In this document: piece after piece, positions 21,401 through 29,288 of the stretch
Numbering within the stretch: the first letter of the stretch is position 1
Layout of the letters: each line of letters opens with the position of its first letter
Notes under the pieces: generated by a model
Database searches by the model: none
What the model was told of the DNA's origin: nothing
Seen by the model: the letters and a program-made list of their open reading frames with translations, nothing else
Position numbers and translations under genes: made by a program
From: Methanobacteriota archaeon
Lineage (GTDB): Archaea; Thermoplasmatota; Poseidoniia; Poseidoniales; Poseidoniaceae
Assembly: GCA_002719815.1 (NCBI GenBank)
Contig: PBET01000024.1
Coordinates: forward strand, 3,393 to 67,392
Length of the DNA stretch: 64,000 bases
Reading direction: 5' to 3'

Positions 21401-22148
21401 GTTCCAAAAGCGGTAGTTCATCATCGATGTATGCTCCATGAAATCCGAGACGGAATGAGCCTGTGACACAAAGATGATGGATTGGGCTTCGCACTGATAA
21501 GGCCTTGAGAAACTGCTTCTCATCTTCATGAAAGTCAGGCGGATGGTTGAGAAGGAGGATACCACGAATTGCTCCAAGCGTGTAAGGCGTTGGAACATTC
21601 AAATCGGCGAGTGCTGAACAAATTCGGGCGATGACGTGGTGCTCATGCAGAAGATTTTCGTTTTCAAACGATGAAAGAATCCGATCTGCTTCAAATGCGC
21701 CGGGATCTTCTTCCCACGTCGAAAGGATACCATGTTTTGTTGCATACGCATGGAGAGAAAGCAAACGCTCTGATTTTGAAAGTGTCCATGGCCTGGTCAC
21801 GTCGGGATGGAGGCGAGGAAAACGATGATCTTGCGCTGCAGAGGCAAACTTTTCGTGAACTTGTACAAGACCAGTCGATGTTCTTGGCACAAGAACAGGT
21901 AGTCGGAGATCGATCGTTAAGGACTTCAAGAGTCGTTGAAGCGTTGTGTGTCTGCTTGAATCAACAGAGCCCGCTTTCTGAAGAATGGCCTGGATAGACG
22001 AGGACCGAGTGACTTCATTCGGATAGATGACCAATAAATCGTCCCGTCCTGTTGCAATTTCATCCACAACCCAGGACGGGACGGTCGTATCGAAAGGGCA
22101 TGACTCTACTGTGATGTTCTCAGCCATATCCTCCCCACCCATCTTCAT
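18444..22148 (-). CDS. AddB-like subunit: long helicase-like scaffold without Walker A plus a C-terminal RecB-type nuclease with Cys4 (Fe-S staple-type) signature
   Basis: I found no GxGKT motif. The C-terminal motifs are GRIDRVD, IIIRDLKT and QLALYARAW, bracketed by LTCPRQAW and HCKYCSLASAC (C-x2-C-x5-C). The gene is translationally coupled to the AddA-like gene. Confidence 0.6.
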   Translation of the reverse strand: MKMGGEDMAENITVESCPFDTTVPSWVVDEIATGRDDLLVIYPNEVTRSSSIQAILQKAGSVDSSRHTTLQRLLKSLTIDLRLPVLVPRTSTGLVQVHEKFASAAQDHRFPRLHPDVTRPWTLSKSERLLSLHAYATKHGILSTWEEDPGAFEADRILSSFENENLLHEHHVIARICSALADLNVPTPYTLGAIRGILLLNHPPDFHEDEKQFLKALSVRSPIHHLCVTGSFRLGFHGAYIDDELPLLERDDQLPEWVPRHTVLPPASGNADYATEGIHLLSFDRASQIPDAAISVINHFNKHEQGRILLIDADKGRHKEWIRRLQRIGITCDTQADSVGSTSAIQAILRFLSIPNGQDAWSTAKLFDIAQSKAFPIIGKLFSDLTHPEKKDWRPRPHLDVIENIGRSFHVLGGKGALQRWLGSLAVAKPYAVEAYRREEELRAIEETQWWLQCLATSWTALLDETEKNFLANPFVGASSNISLPLPEPSKTPRDVLSTILHACDWEALFERTRHYDASVGAVQSWVRSVDGLLQYQSSLPFIDFCRLAADQTKLPMNRVRHFDVHICTPKQAFGVASDLTLFVGIDAESWSMKPERVPWIDDSVRVELGLNDGDLPVRQARHLFKSVLNSSQQVILFDTEHDESAGNSTPVVEYLSGVELQGDLRNLAAIPAFLQEEVSDGAGWSIVTRETGNWLTYRTSSLSVNGGEVELERAENMQRDLQQQTGLELKALRTPSGTIQSANTIANRFERDVHLDRYRRQPKFKPLANGSILPWEIRESLLTTTGLVIEPTVSQAEVSGGRTSASYPHLGYKKNGNSRGPSLDPRPLPPPTYGSPSLNEILSSQPIETESKTWSTSRLTPWLTCPRQAWSEQTLDATDNTPEPSEDIAPLTKGTLVHAIEEHLMTLLGIEVGGTPLAEGTPMHQGTSLSNQEIWESLLWHLSEIAPWLSRTNAVSVHRCNDLIGCSPEDWNDWLEGNGTLPIGGRLGRLLLADLNLTSAAPIASEWALQHGTELSVEIEGFDDQFETSCIKLRGRIDRVDHLVLDESLLERLTERGLYDESAEGMPLFFDGSGPPAKRFIIIRDLKTIEGPKPGEDGIRHVAGLFKEIQLALYARAWELAHPGDRVIGVGISEVGDDTEHLLELDPSFAFLEESRTIGTRTFYSGNHFRIPTEGTTPESNSFRAWMSSRITAAIRAQDASELGWNHPAPGDHCKYCSLASACSSASIGGETK

Positions 22149-22239
22149 GCGTGGCGACAGTATAAAACTGAACGTTCAAAATTTTGTTATTTTTTGTAGG
22201 GTGTTGGCATTTTTCATCGATTCTGAGGTGGATGTCGGA

Positions 22240-22293
22240 TAACATGAATTGTAACATGAATAATTCATGTTTTGTATAATTCAGAACATGAAT
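22240..22293. promoter_or_regulatory. Operator-like array: three direct (T/G)AACATGAAT copies and a perfect 19-bp palindrome AACATGAAT-A-ATTCATGTT
   Basis: The direct copies lie at 22240-22249, 22252-22261 and 22284-22293. The palindrome spans 22253-22271. A further ATTCA-N5-TGAAT lies at 22279-22293. The array ends 7 bp upstream of the TATA-like box. Confidence 0.5.
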
Positions 22294-22300
22294 CGTTGGA

Positions 22301-22308
22301 TTTAAATA
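22301..22308 (+). promoter_or_regulatory. Archaeal TATA-box-like element TTTAAATA upstream of the TFB-like gene
   Basis: It matches the TTTAWATA archaeal consensus. It lies 114 nt upstream of ATG 22422, which is itself preceded by AGGAGG (22409-22414). Confidence 0.45.
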
Positions 22309-22421
22309 GTACGGCGTCCATAAAGATACTCCAGCGCGTCGGTCCGAGCCCAATCCCACTTATTCCACCAACCCCTCGGACTTAATCATGTTGGAACAAA
22401 CAAGAACAAGGAGGACAAAAT

Positions 22422-23495
22422 ATGACGAAAAAGTGTGAAGAATGTGGCAGTTATGACTTGAAAGCGGACAACATCCGAGGCGAGGTGGTTTGCAACGATT
22501 GTGGACTTGTCATCGAGGATCAAGCCTCGGCGACCCAAAACGACAATGCAGGAACAATGTGGGGCGAAAATGCATCCAACACTCCGACCAAAGATGAAGC
22601 CAAGATTAAGACTGGCTCGAAGGGTAATGCGCTTGGTTCCTACATCGGTAAGCCAAATGAAGCGAAGGGCAAGTGGAAAATCCTACGACACCTGCACGCT
22701 CGAGATGTCAAGGACCTGCACCCAATGGCGCAAGCTACGATGGATGCTGCAAAGGAGTTGGCTGGCAAGGACAACGCCATGAAGGCGAAGAAAGTCATCA
22801 CCCTAGCGACCGTTCCACTCGATGATGAGAAAGCGAAGGCGTTGCGAGAAATCGCTGATGAGGAGGAAATCATCCTTCCAAAGAACTCTGTTTGCCGAAA
22901 GAAAACCCGAGGGGGAAGCACCCAGAACAACGAGAAGTTGCTTGCGCTGGGTTGTCTGCGAGCACATCAGGAGCGAACTGGCAAAATCAACATCGATTGG
23001 CCCCAGATGGTTGAAGGCACTGGTTTGACCATGGCTCAGGTTGTTGATGCTGCAAAAGTCATCATGAAGTACCTTAATCTATGCGAGAAAGCGCATCTTA
23101 TCGAAGAGCGAGCAGACCGAAGAACTGTTCATCTCGAGTTGCGAAACACCGAAATCGAGAACACTACGCTTCGACTGAAGCAACTTCTCGAAGATGTTGA
23201 TGAATCCGTGAAGACGCAAATCATGGACGATTACAAGCAACGACTCTTCACCTTGGGTGAGCCGACATTAGGCGGTTCACCGTTCTCAAGCGAGAACATT
23301 GAGGCCAAGGTCCTCTGCGCAATTCTCTTCCAAATCTCATGCGAGTCCTTTGGTGTTGAACAAGGACGGCTCGAGAACATCGCTCATGCGATTGGTCGAT
23401 GTCGAAACACCATCAAGAACCGCCTCAAGTCCCTTCGAAAGAAGGTGGCGTCTGGTGAGCTGGTTGACTTTGGTGTCTTGCAGAAGAAGCACTGA
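22422..23495 (+). CDS. Divergent TFB-like protein (TFIIB-type N-terminal zinc ribbon)
   Basis: The N-terminus KKCEECGSYDLKADNIRGEVVCNDCGLVIED is a TFIIB-type ribbon. The remaining roughly 320 aa are helical and basic. I cannot align them confidently to the B-reader (GPEWRAF) or the two cyclin repeats. Confidence 0.5.
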   Translation: MTKKCEECGSYDLKADNIRGEVVCNDCGLVIEDQASATQNDNAGTMWGENASNTPTKDEAKIKTGSKGNALGSYIGKPNEAKGKWKILRHLHARDVKDLHPMAQATMDAAKELAGKDNAMKAKKVITLATVPLDDEKAKALREIADEEEIILPKNSVCRKKTRGGSTQNNEKLLALGCLRAHQERTGKINIDWPQMVEGTGLTMAQVVDAAKVIMKYLNLCEKAHLIEERADRRTVHLELRNTEIENTTLRLKQLLEDVDESVKTQIMDDYKQRLFTLGEPTLGGSPFSSENIEAKVLCAILFQISCESFGVEQGRLENIAHAIGRCRNTIKNRLKSLRKKVASGELVDFGVLQKKH

Positions 23496-23503
23496 ATCGT
23501 GAG

Positions 23504-24442
23504 ATGGATTATCTCATTAAGGAGAGGTTCGTCCAGCGATACATGACTCGATTGCTCGTTGTTGGAGTTTTAGTTGTCCTGATGGTTTCTGTTGTACCTG
23601 TAGCGCATGCTGCGGAGATTAAAGAACTTGAAACAGGCATGCTCTTTGGTGGACTTCATGGAATGGCGAATGAGACCATCGTCGTCAACAGTAGCCTAGA
23701 AGATCTTCCTGCAATTGCTGAAGATTACACAGCCACCTGGTGTGGAAATTGTGTTGAAGTCGGCAATGCGCTCGAGACTGTGGCGGAGAACATCAGCATG
23801 GAGATCTATGCTGTTCATCGGAACATCTACGAGACTCAGGATCCACTAGGCAACGAGAATGTCGACGCACGCTTTAGGGACCGATACGATATCTATGCGC
23901 CAGAATTCAAACCTCCTGTGGCCGGTATCAATGGCAAGTACTCCCTTCGTGGTAGCAACCCTGTTGGTGATTCTCTGGAATCTGACTTTGCAGACTTAGC
24001 ATCACAACCGCATAATCTTGGAGATGGTTCCGTCACAATGACATGGACACCAACGGGTGATAATTCAGGAACTGTCGCTTGGAGCATTGATCAATCAACC
24101 AGTGCAGTTTACAATGTAACCATATGGATGGTCGAGAAAGAAGCTTACTTCCCAGATGGTACAAACAACCAGATCTACTACCATCACATTGTTCGTGAAA
24201 TCATTGATGTGGGAACTGTTACTGAAACTGGACTGAGTACGGGAACTGAGCAGATTACCTATGCCGATGCATACGATGATGATGACCTTGAAGTCCATAT
24301 CATGTTCCATGAGTACATCGAACGTCCTGAAATACAAGACGAGACCCCAACAGAACCTACCTCAGAGGATACACCCTTCCTCTCCATGCCTTTGACGATA
24401 CTTGCCCTTCTTGCAGTAGCCCTACGGCGACAGGATCAGTAG
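23504..24442 (+). CDS. Membrane-anchored extracytoplasmic thioredoxin-like protein
   Basis: An N-terminal signal/anchor (LLVVGVLVVLMVSVVPVAHA) is followed by the thioredoxin-type motif YTATWCGNCVEV. A C-terminal hydrophobic anchor (PLTILALLAVALRR) closes the protein. Confidence 0.45.
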   Translation: MDYLIKERFVQRYMTRLLVVGVLVVLMVSVVPVAHAAEIKELETGMLFGGLHGMANETIVVNSSLEDLPAIAEDYTATWCGNCVEVGNALETVAENISMEIYAVHRNIYETQDPLGNENVDARFRDRYDIYAPEFKPPVAGINGKYSLRGSNPVGDSLESDFADLASQPHNLGDGSVTMTWTPTGDNSGTVAWSIDQSTSAVYNVTIWMVEKEAYFPDGTNNQIYYHHIVREIIDVGTVTETGLSTGTEQITYADAYDDDDLEVHIMFHEYIERPEIQDETPTEPTSEDTPFLSMPLTILALLAVALRRQDQ

Positions 24443-26673
24443 AAATCAACCATGTTTGCGTGAAGTCGAGCATCAACTTCTGGCATGCGATCAGGCGGAC
24501 GTCCCACCTCGATGAAACGAAGAACGTAATCATCGATGTTTGCAAATCCAAACTCTTCGGTCATCGGTTCCATGAGTTCTCGCAACGCCTGTCGAGGATC
24601 TGCAATTGGGAAATCTCGACGGATGAAGACTTGGTTTAATTGACGATAACGTGCATGTCTGTATCCCAAAATCTCAAGGATTCGGCGAAGTGCATCTTCT
24701 TCTTGGGCAGATCGGATGGTTAGTCGCAAACGACATCCTTGCATCCGGAACATTCCACGCACACCACCGAGTTCGACCTGATGGCCAATCGGTTGCAGCG
24801 AAAGTGCCTCCCACACCAGTGGCATCGTTCGATACCAGCGATAGAATTGATCATCTTGACGAGGCTCTCTGGGTTCTTCTTCATTCTGAAACGGGGGATT
24901 TACAACAAGATTCTCTCGGATTTGTTGCCATCGAGGGAAGATGACTTGTTGTTGCAACCTCTGACGATAAAAATCTCCTTCTAAGATTTGATCATCATCA
25001 AATTCGTAATCAAAATCTGGATTTAAGTGGCCAGGCATATCGAAACCAACTTCCCGACCGGGACGTTGTTTCCAGTCTGCAACAATTTCCTCATCAGTCA
25101 TCAATTTCAAAGAACGGAATGCGATTGGTTCTTCTTCTTCCCCATCACCAAGGAGAAGACGATGAAGATGAAATCTGTGTTGCTTCCCAGATCGCTTGTA
25201 GAAGTCTTCTGGGTCCGCCCCTGTGTCTTTTTGAGCTACCCCGATTGGTGGCTGGGTCAGCAAATGCATCTGCAAACTATTCACCCGTTTCGAAGTCGTG
25301 ACATCTGAGAGAAGCGAGAGTATGACAATTGCAATGGTATCCCCTATCGGGATATCTTTGTGGTAGTTTCCTGTATGAATGCAAATCGAATGCCGATGCG
25401 TCACAGTCTTACCAACACCATGAATTTTGAAAGGTGCATTGTGTGCACCACGACCAATTCGAACCTCGTAGAAATGGCCAAGCATCCCTCGAACGAGCAT
25501 GCGGTCTCGATGAACCCAGGTATCGTTCGGGAATTGTTGAAGAACGCCTCGCAAAAATTGCATTGAACGGCGGAAGGGGACATTCGCAGTCTCAGCATTT
25601 TCATATGCTGCCGTCCAATTCATCTGCGTAGCAATGAGCCATTCGCCTTCTTTGGAACCGTGTGGGGAAGATCCCCATGAAATCAATCCAGCCAAGAGGC
25701 CTGGCACGAAGGGAATTTTTGCTCGGCGTACACTTCCATTCTTCGCCAATGTTCTAAAACAGAGATTTCCCTTAGAATTGACCATAAATGGGAAACTAAC
25801 ATTTGCATGTTTCACGGATTCTGACAACTCAATCCAACGTTGAACCCAGGGCCATTGTGAAGGCGGAATCGCCCTATTTTCTTGGTTCCGAATAAAGCGC
25901 CGTGCAAATTTCATCCGTTGTCTTGGTCGACGACCTGCCATTCGTTCCATCAAGTGGGACGACCAATCAGACCCGTCAGAAAAGAGTGGTTTCTTTTTAC
26001 GGCGCTCGTTTTGATCTAAGAGAAACGATGTTTGGACAAATACATCAAAGGGAGAAAGGAGTTCACGTTCAAATTGTCCAAACAGTCGATGGTAACGCTG
26101 TAGGATTCGTCGAGGGCGTCCTTGAGGATCGAGTGTTTGGTACAACCCACTCAACGCTAAGAAGAGCTTGACGAGATCCCAACCTTTGCGTTCTTCAGGA
26201 TTCAGGAGAAGCAAGAGGTACTGCTCCATCGGAATTCGAGCCTCGTGAATCCGCCCGTCGATGGTCATTCGTCCATCGATAAATGCGAGAAGCGTTCCAT
26301 CCCACATCACGAAGCCTTCCTCAAGGCGTTCCTTTTCGTAACCAGAATAACCTGTTTGCTTTTCGAGTTTTTCAATAAAGATGGACTCTTCTTCTTCGGG
26401 AAATGGGGAGTGGCGGACGGGATCTTGATCCGCCTCATCAAGACGGGCCCAGTCAACATCGGGCGTATGATTCATGAAGCGTTCGAGATTTCCCCAGCGC
26501 TTTTTCAATGAACGAACTGGCCCGCCAAGGACCGATGCCATGCGTTGATGGACTTCAAGAGGCAACGATGGTGCCCATTTACTCTCTTCGGTCAATTCGA
26601 TGCAGCGTATGCAGATTGGACAATTCGTTTCAGTATTTTCATTTTGGCAGATGCCACAGGCTTCCCCAATCAT
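24436..26673 (-). CDS. Large orphan protein with an N-terminal Cys5 zinc-ribbon/treble-clef-like motif
   Basis: ATG at 26673 gives MIGEACGICQNENTETNCPICIRC; the track start at 26709 is TTG. I recognise no other family motif with confidence. It lies directly downstream of ltaE on the same strand. Confidence 0.5.
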   Translation of the reverse strand: MIGEACGICQNENTETNCPICIRCIELTEESKWAPSLPLEVHQRMASVLGGPVRSLKKRWGNLERFMNHTPDVDWARLDEADQDPVRHSPFPEEEESIFIEKLEKQTGYSGYEKERLEEGFVMWDGTLLAFIDGRMTIDGRIHEARIPMEQYLLLLLNPEERKGWDLVKLFLALSGLYQTLDPQGRPRRILQRYHRLFGQFERELLSPFDVFVQTSFLLDQNERRKKKPLFSDGSDWSSHLMERMAGRRPRQRMKFARRFIRNQENRAIPPSQWPWVQRWIELSESVKHANVSFPFMVNSKGNLCFRTLAKNGSVRRAKIPFVPGLLAGLISWGSSPHGSKEGEWLIATQMNWTAAYENAETANVPFRRSMQFLRGVLQQFPNDTWVHRDRMLVRGMLGHFYEVRIGRGAHNAPFKIHGVGKTVTHRHSICIHTGNYHKDIPIGDTIAIVILSLLSDVTTSKRVNSLQMHLLTQPPIGVAQKDTGADPEDFYKRSGKQHRFHLHRLLLGDGEEEEPIAFRSLKLMTDEEIVADWKQRPGREVGFDMPGHLNPDFDYEFDDDQILEGDFYRQRLQQQVIFPRWQQIRENLVVNPPFQNEEEPREPRQDDQFYRWYRTMPLVWEALSLQPIGHQVELGGVRGMFRMQGCRLRLTIRSAQEEDALRRILEILGYRHARYRQLNQVFIRRDFPIADPRQALRELMEPMTEEFGFANIDDYVLRFIEVGRPPDRMPEVDARLHANMVDFY

Positions 26674-26705
26674 GGGGATACTGAATGTCGAGGTGTTAAA
26701 AAGTT

Positions 26706-27752
26706 TCAATGAAGAGATGACAACGCTTCAATGACGTTTTTTACATCTTCATCCGTGATATGAAGATGTGTTACAATTCGACAATGTGTTGGAGAAATAT
26801 CGAACATATCGATGCCTGCCTTTGCCATTCTTTCAGAAACTTCACTGGCCGAATGATCGTTCGCTGAGAAGTAGACCATGTTGGTTTGGACGGCGTTAAG
26901 GTCAACCGATACATGATCCATTTCATCGATTGCTTGTGCGATGGTTAATGCTCGACGATGATCTTCTTCCATCCGTTGAACGTTATTTTCAAGGGCATAA
27001 ATCCCTGCCGCAGCAAGAATTCCAGATTGACGCATACCTCCACCAAACATCTTTCGCCATCGATGCGCTTGTTCAATGAATTCAGTCGATCCGACAAGAA
27101 CAGAGCCTACAGGTGCTCCAAGGCCTTTGGAAAGACAAATGGATACTGAATCATAATCTCGAGTCATGCGAGGCAAAGGCGTCTTGGTGGCAACTGACGC
27201 ATTGAAAATTCGAGCACCATCGATGTGTGTTGAACAGTTCTTTTCCTTCGATACCTCTGCAATCGCATCGAGAACGTTTTGCTCATAACACGTCCCTCCT
27301 CCACGGTTCGCTGTGTTTTCAACACAGACAAGGCTTCCATCTGGATAATGCGATTGTGAACCACGTTGTTTTCGAATTGCCTGTTGAACAAGTTCAGGCG
27401 TAAGAAGACCATTGACTCCTTCCGGAAGAGCAACGCTTGAACCGCACAAAGCAGCGTATCCACCCCCCTCATAAAGATAGATGTGGCTGTAACGCTCGGT
27501 TACGATCTCATCACCAGGGACTGTGTGTGTCTTGAGTGCGACTGCATTCGACATCGTTCCTGATGGAACAAAGAGACCCGCTTCTTTTCCACACATTTCC
27601 GCAACCATTGCTTCAAGGCGCTGAACTGTTGGGTCGTCGCCTAAGACATCATCGCCTACTGCAGCATCTGCCATTGCTTGTCTCATCGGTGCAGTCGGTT
27701 GAGTGACTGTATCCGAACGCAAATCAATTCGGTTCGATTCAATGTCTCGCAT
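26706..27752 (-). CDS. ltaE: Low-specificity L-threonine aldolase
   Basis: Motifs DLRSDTVTQPT, VGDDVLGDDPTV, GLFVPSGTMSN, ENTANRGGG and HIDGARIFNA are present. Confidence 0.85.
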   Translation of the reverse strand: MRDIESNRIDLRSDTVTQPTAPMRQAMADAAVGDDVLGDDPTVQRLEAMVAEMCGKEAGLFVPSGTMSNAVALKTHTVPGDEIVTERYSHIYLYEGGGYAALCGSSVALPEGVNGLLTPELVQQAIRKQRGSQSHYPDGSLVCVENTANRGGGTCYEQNVLDAIAEVSKEKNCSTHIDGARIFNASVATKTPLPRMTRDYDSVSICLSKGLGAPVGSVLVGSTEFIEQAHRWRKMFGGGMRQSGILAAAGIYALENNVQRMEEDHRRALTIAQAIDEMDHVSVDLNAVQTNMVYFSANDHSASEVSERMAKAGIDMFDISPTHCRIVTHLHITDEDVKNVIEALSSLH

Positions 27753-27790
27753 GGTTGCTCCACATCGTTGCCCATGTTCAAGGAATCGAC

Positions 27791-28210
27791 TTAGAGCAAT
27801 TTCAATTCACCAGTCAACGCATCCAATTTTTCTTCTTCATCAGGCCCCAAGGCAAGAACTGTGTAAGACCCAGCAGGAATCTGTGTATGCCCTGCATCAT
27901 GAATCTTTGAAGTTAGAATCTGATGGTGTTTGGCTTGTTGTTCAATCTGCTCAAGTTGACGAACATCATTCGCTTTAACACAGACTTTTTTCTGTCCAGT
28001 AGAAAGCCATGCATCAAGCAGTTCTGGACGAAGTTCTCCTGATTGGAGCGTCGCTTTAACTGCAGCATGACCGACTTGGGCGCCAATTTTCCCCTTACCC
28101 ATTTTCAATGCGTGATTGATGACAAAGACCATTTTCAATGGTTGATCGTTTTTCACAAAGCGTTCAAATTTGGGTGCGGTGATTCGGTGCAGAAACGAGC
28201 GGATCCCCAT
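27791..28210 (-). CDS. pth2: Archaeal-type peptidyl-tRNA hydrolase Pth2
   Basis: Motifs GKGKIGAQVGHAAV and DAGHTQIPAGSYTVLALGP are present, with the C-terminus GELKLL. GAGGTGA precedes ATG 28210. Confidence 0.85.
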   Translation of the reverse strand: MGIRSFLHRITAPKFERFVKNDQPLKMVFVINHALKMGKGKIGAQVGHAAVKATLQSGELRPELLDAWLSTGQKKVCVKANDVRQLEQIEQQAKHHQILTSKIHDAGHTQIPAGSYTVLALGPDEEEKLDALTGELKLL

Positions 28211-28219
28211 TCAATCACC

Positions 28220-28591
28220 TCATTCGTACGTCTTCAATTCTCCGAAAAGTGAATCCATGGTGTGACGAGGGGCGGGCCCCACACCAAGAACCGTTACCGT
28301 CCCAGGAGCGACTTCTGTCAGCCCAGCATCTTTGATGAGTGCAAATGGAAGTGATGCTTCTTCTACCAAATTGAGGAAATACTCGATCTCTTCTTCGTCA
28401 TCGACTGCAAGACAGATTTTTCGAGATGCAGATTCTTTCCAACGCTGAACCATTCTTGAATGCGTTTTCTTTGCACGCTGAAGTGATGCAACGGCAGCGT
28501 GAGCGCACTGAACTGCGAGTTTACCTGCTGAGAGATTGAGATCCGTGCGACATAGAAATGCCATTGTGGGTGGATCAGAAAGTGCTGACAT
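28220..28591 (-). CDS. Second Pth2-type peptidyl-tRNA hydrolase paralogue
   Basis: Motifs SAGKLAVQCAHAAV and DAGLTEVAPGTVTVLGVGP are present, with the C-terminus GELKTYE. ATG 28591 is preceded by GGAGAG; ATG 28564 is an alternative start. Confidence 0.8.
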   Translation of the reverse strand: MSALSDPPTMAFLCRTDLNLSAGKLAVQCAHAAVASLQRAKKTHSRMVQRWKESASRKICLAVDDEEEIEYFLNLVEEASLPFALIKDAGLTEVAPGTVTVLGVGPAPRHTMDSLFGELKTYE

Positions 28592-29288
28592 GCTCACTCT
28601 CCTGCTGAATGAGTTCACTGTTTGACCGGTTCATTTGCAGGATGCGATCGAACCACTGGCCAAACCACATTGCGAAGAACAGGTTGCCAAGGAAGTGGAG
28701 TACATCGAACAACAGTCCATTGACAAGATAAAGACCAAACTCAAGTGCTGACATGCTTGAATCAATGATTGAAAGTGATACAATCAAACTGAATACAGGC
28801 ACACTCCACAATGCTGAGAAAGCGAGTTGCGTCATTGATAGGTTTCCATTTGCATCATGGACGCTGATTTGCGAGGCAACAAGGGCGACCGTTCCCCATC
28901 CTAAGATTTGGAACAAACTCCACCAACCATGACCAAGTACGGCATTGCTCGCAAGCGTCACAAGAACTGCGAATGCAAAACCTCGTTGTGCTCCGAATTT
29001 TGAACCGACCAGAACAGCGAGTATCGTTACCGGCATGACGTTTGGAATGAAGCTCATCGCAATACGGGAGACTGAAGCAATTGCAACGATCAGAAACAGT
29101 GGCCATAACCATGTATTTCCATCCTTTTGAGGTTTCACCAACAACCAGATGGCGATGAAGAAGAGTGTCGCATGAGCCAACAACAAGACTGTGGGAGATA
29201 CGGTAGGCCCGTGCGTACCTATCGCGCTCAGCATGCTCCTCCGAGCCGACGGACAGCCTTGAGTGTTACCGCTCAAACAGGTCGCCAT
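28575..29288 (-). CDS. Polytopic membrane protein, possibly an ECF-transporter S-component-like substrate-capture protein
   Basis: It has about 6 hydrophobic helices. The segment SFIPNVMPVTILAVLVGSKFG resembles the PN-x-x-P...G-x-x-x-G signature I recall for one S-component family. The start is uncertain (ATG 29288 or 29234). Confidence 0.35.
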   Translation of the reverse strand: MATCLSGNTQGCPSARRSMLSAIGTHGPTVSPTVLLLAHATLFFIAIWLLVKPQKDGNTWLWPLFLIVAIASVSRIAMSFIPNVMPVTILAVLVGSKFGAQRGFAFAVLVTLASNAVLGHGWWSLFQILGWGTVALVASQISVHDANGNLSMTQLAFSALWSVPVFSLIVSLSIIDSSMSALEFGLYLVNGLLFDVLHFLGNLFFAMWFGQWFDRILQMNRSNSELIQQESEHVSTF

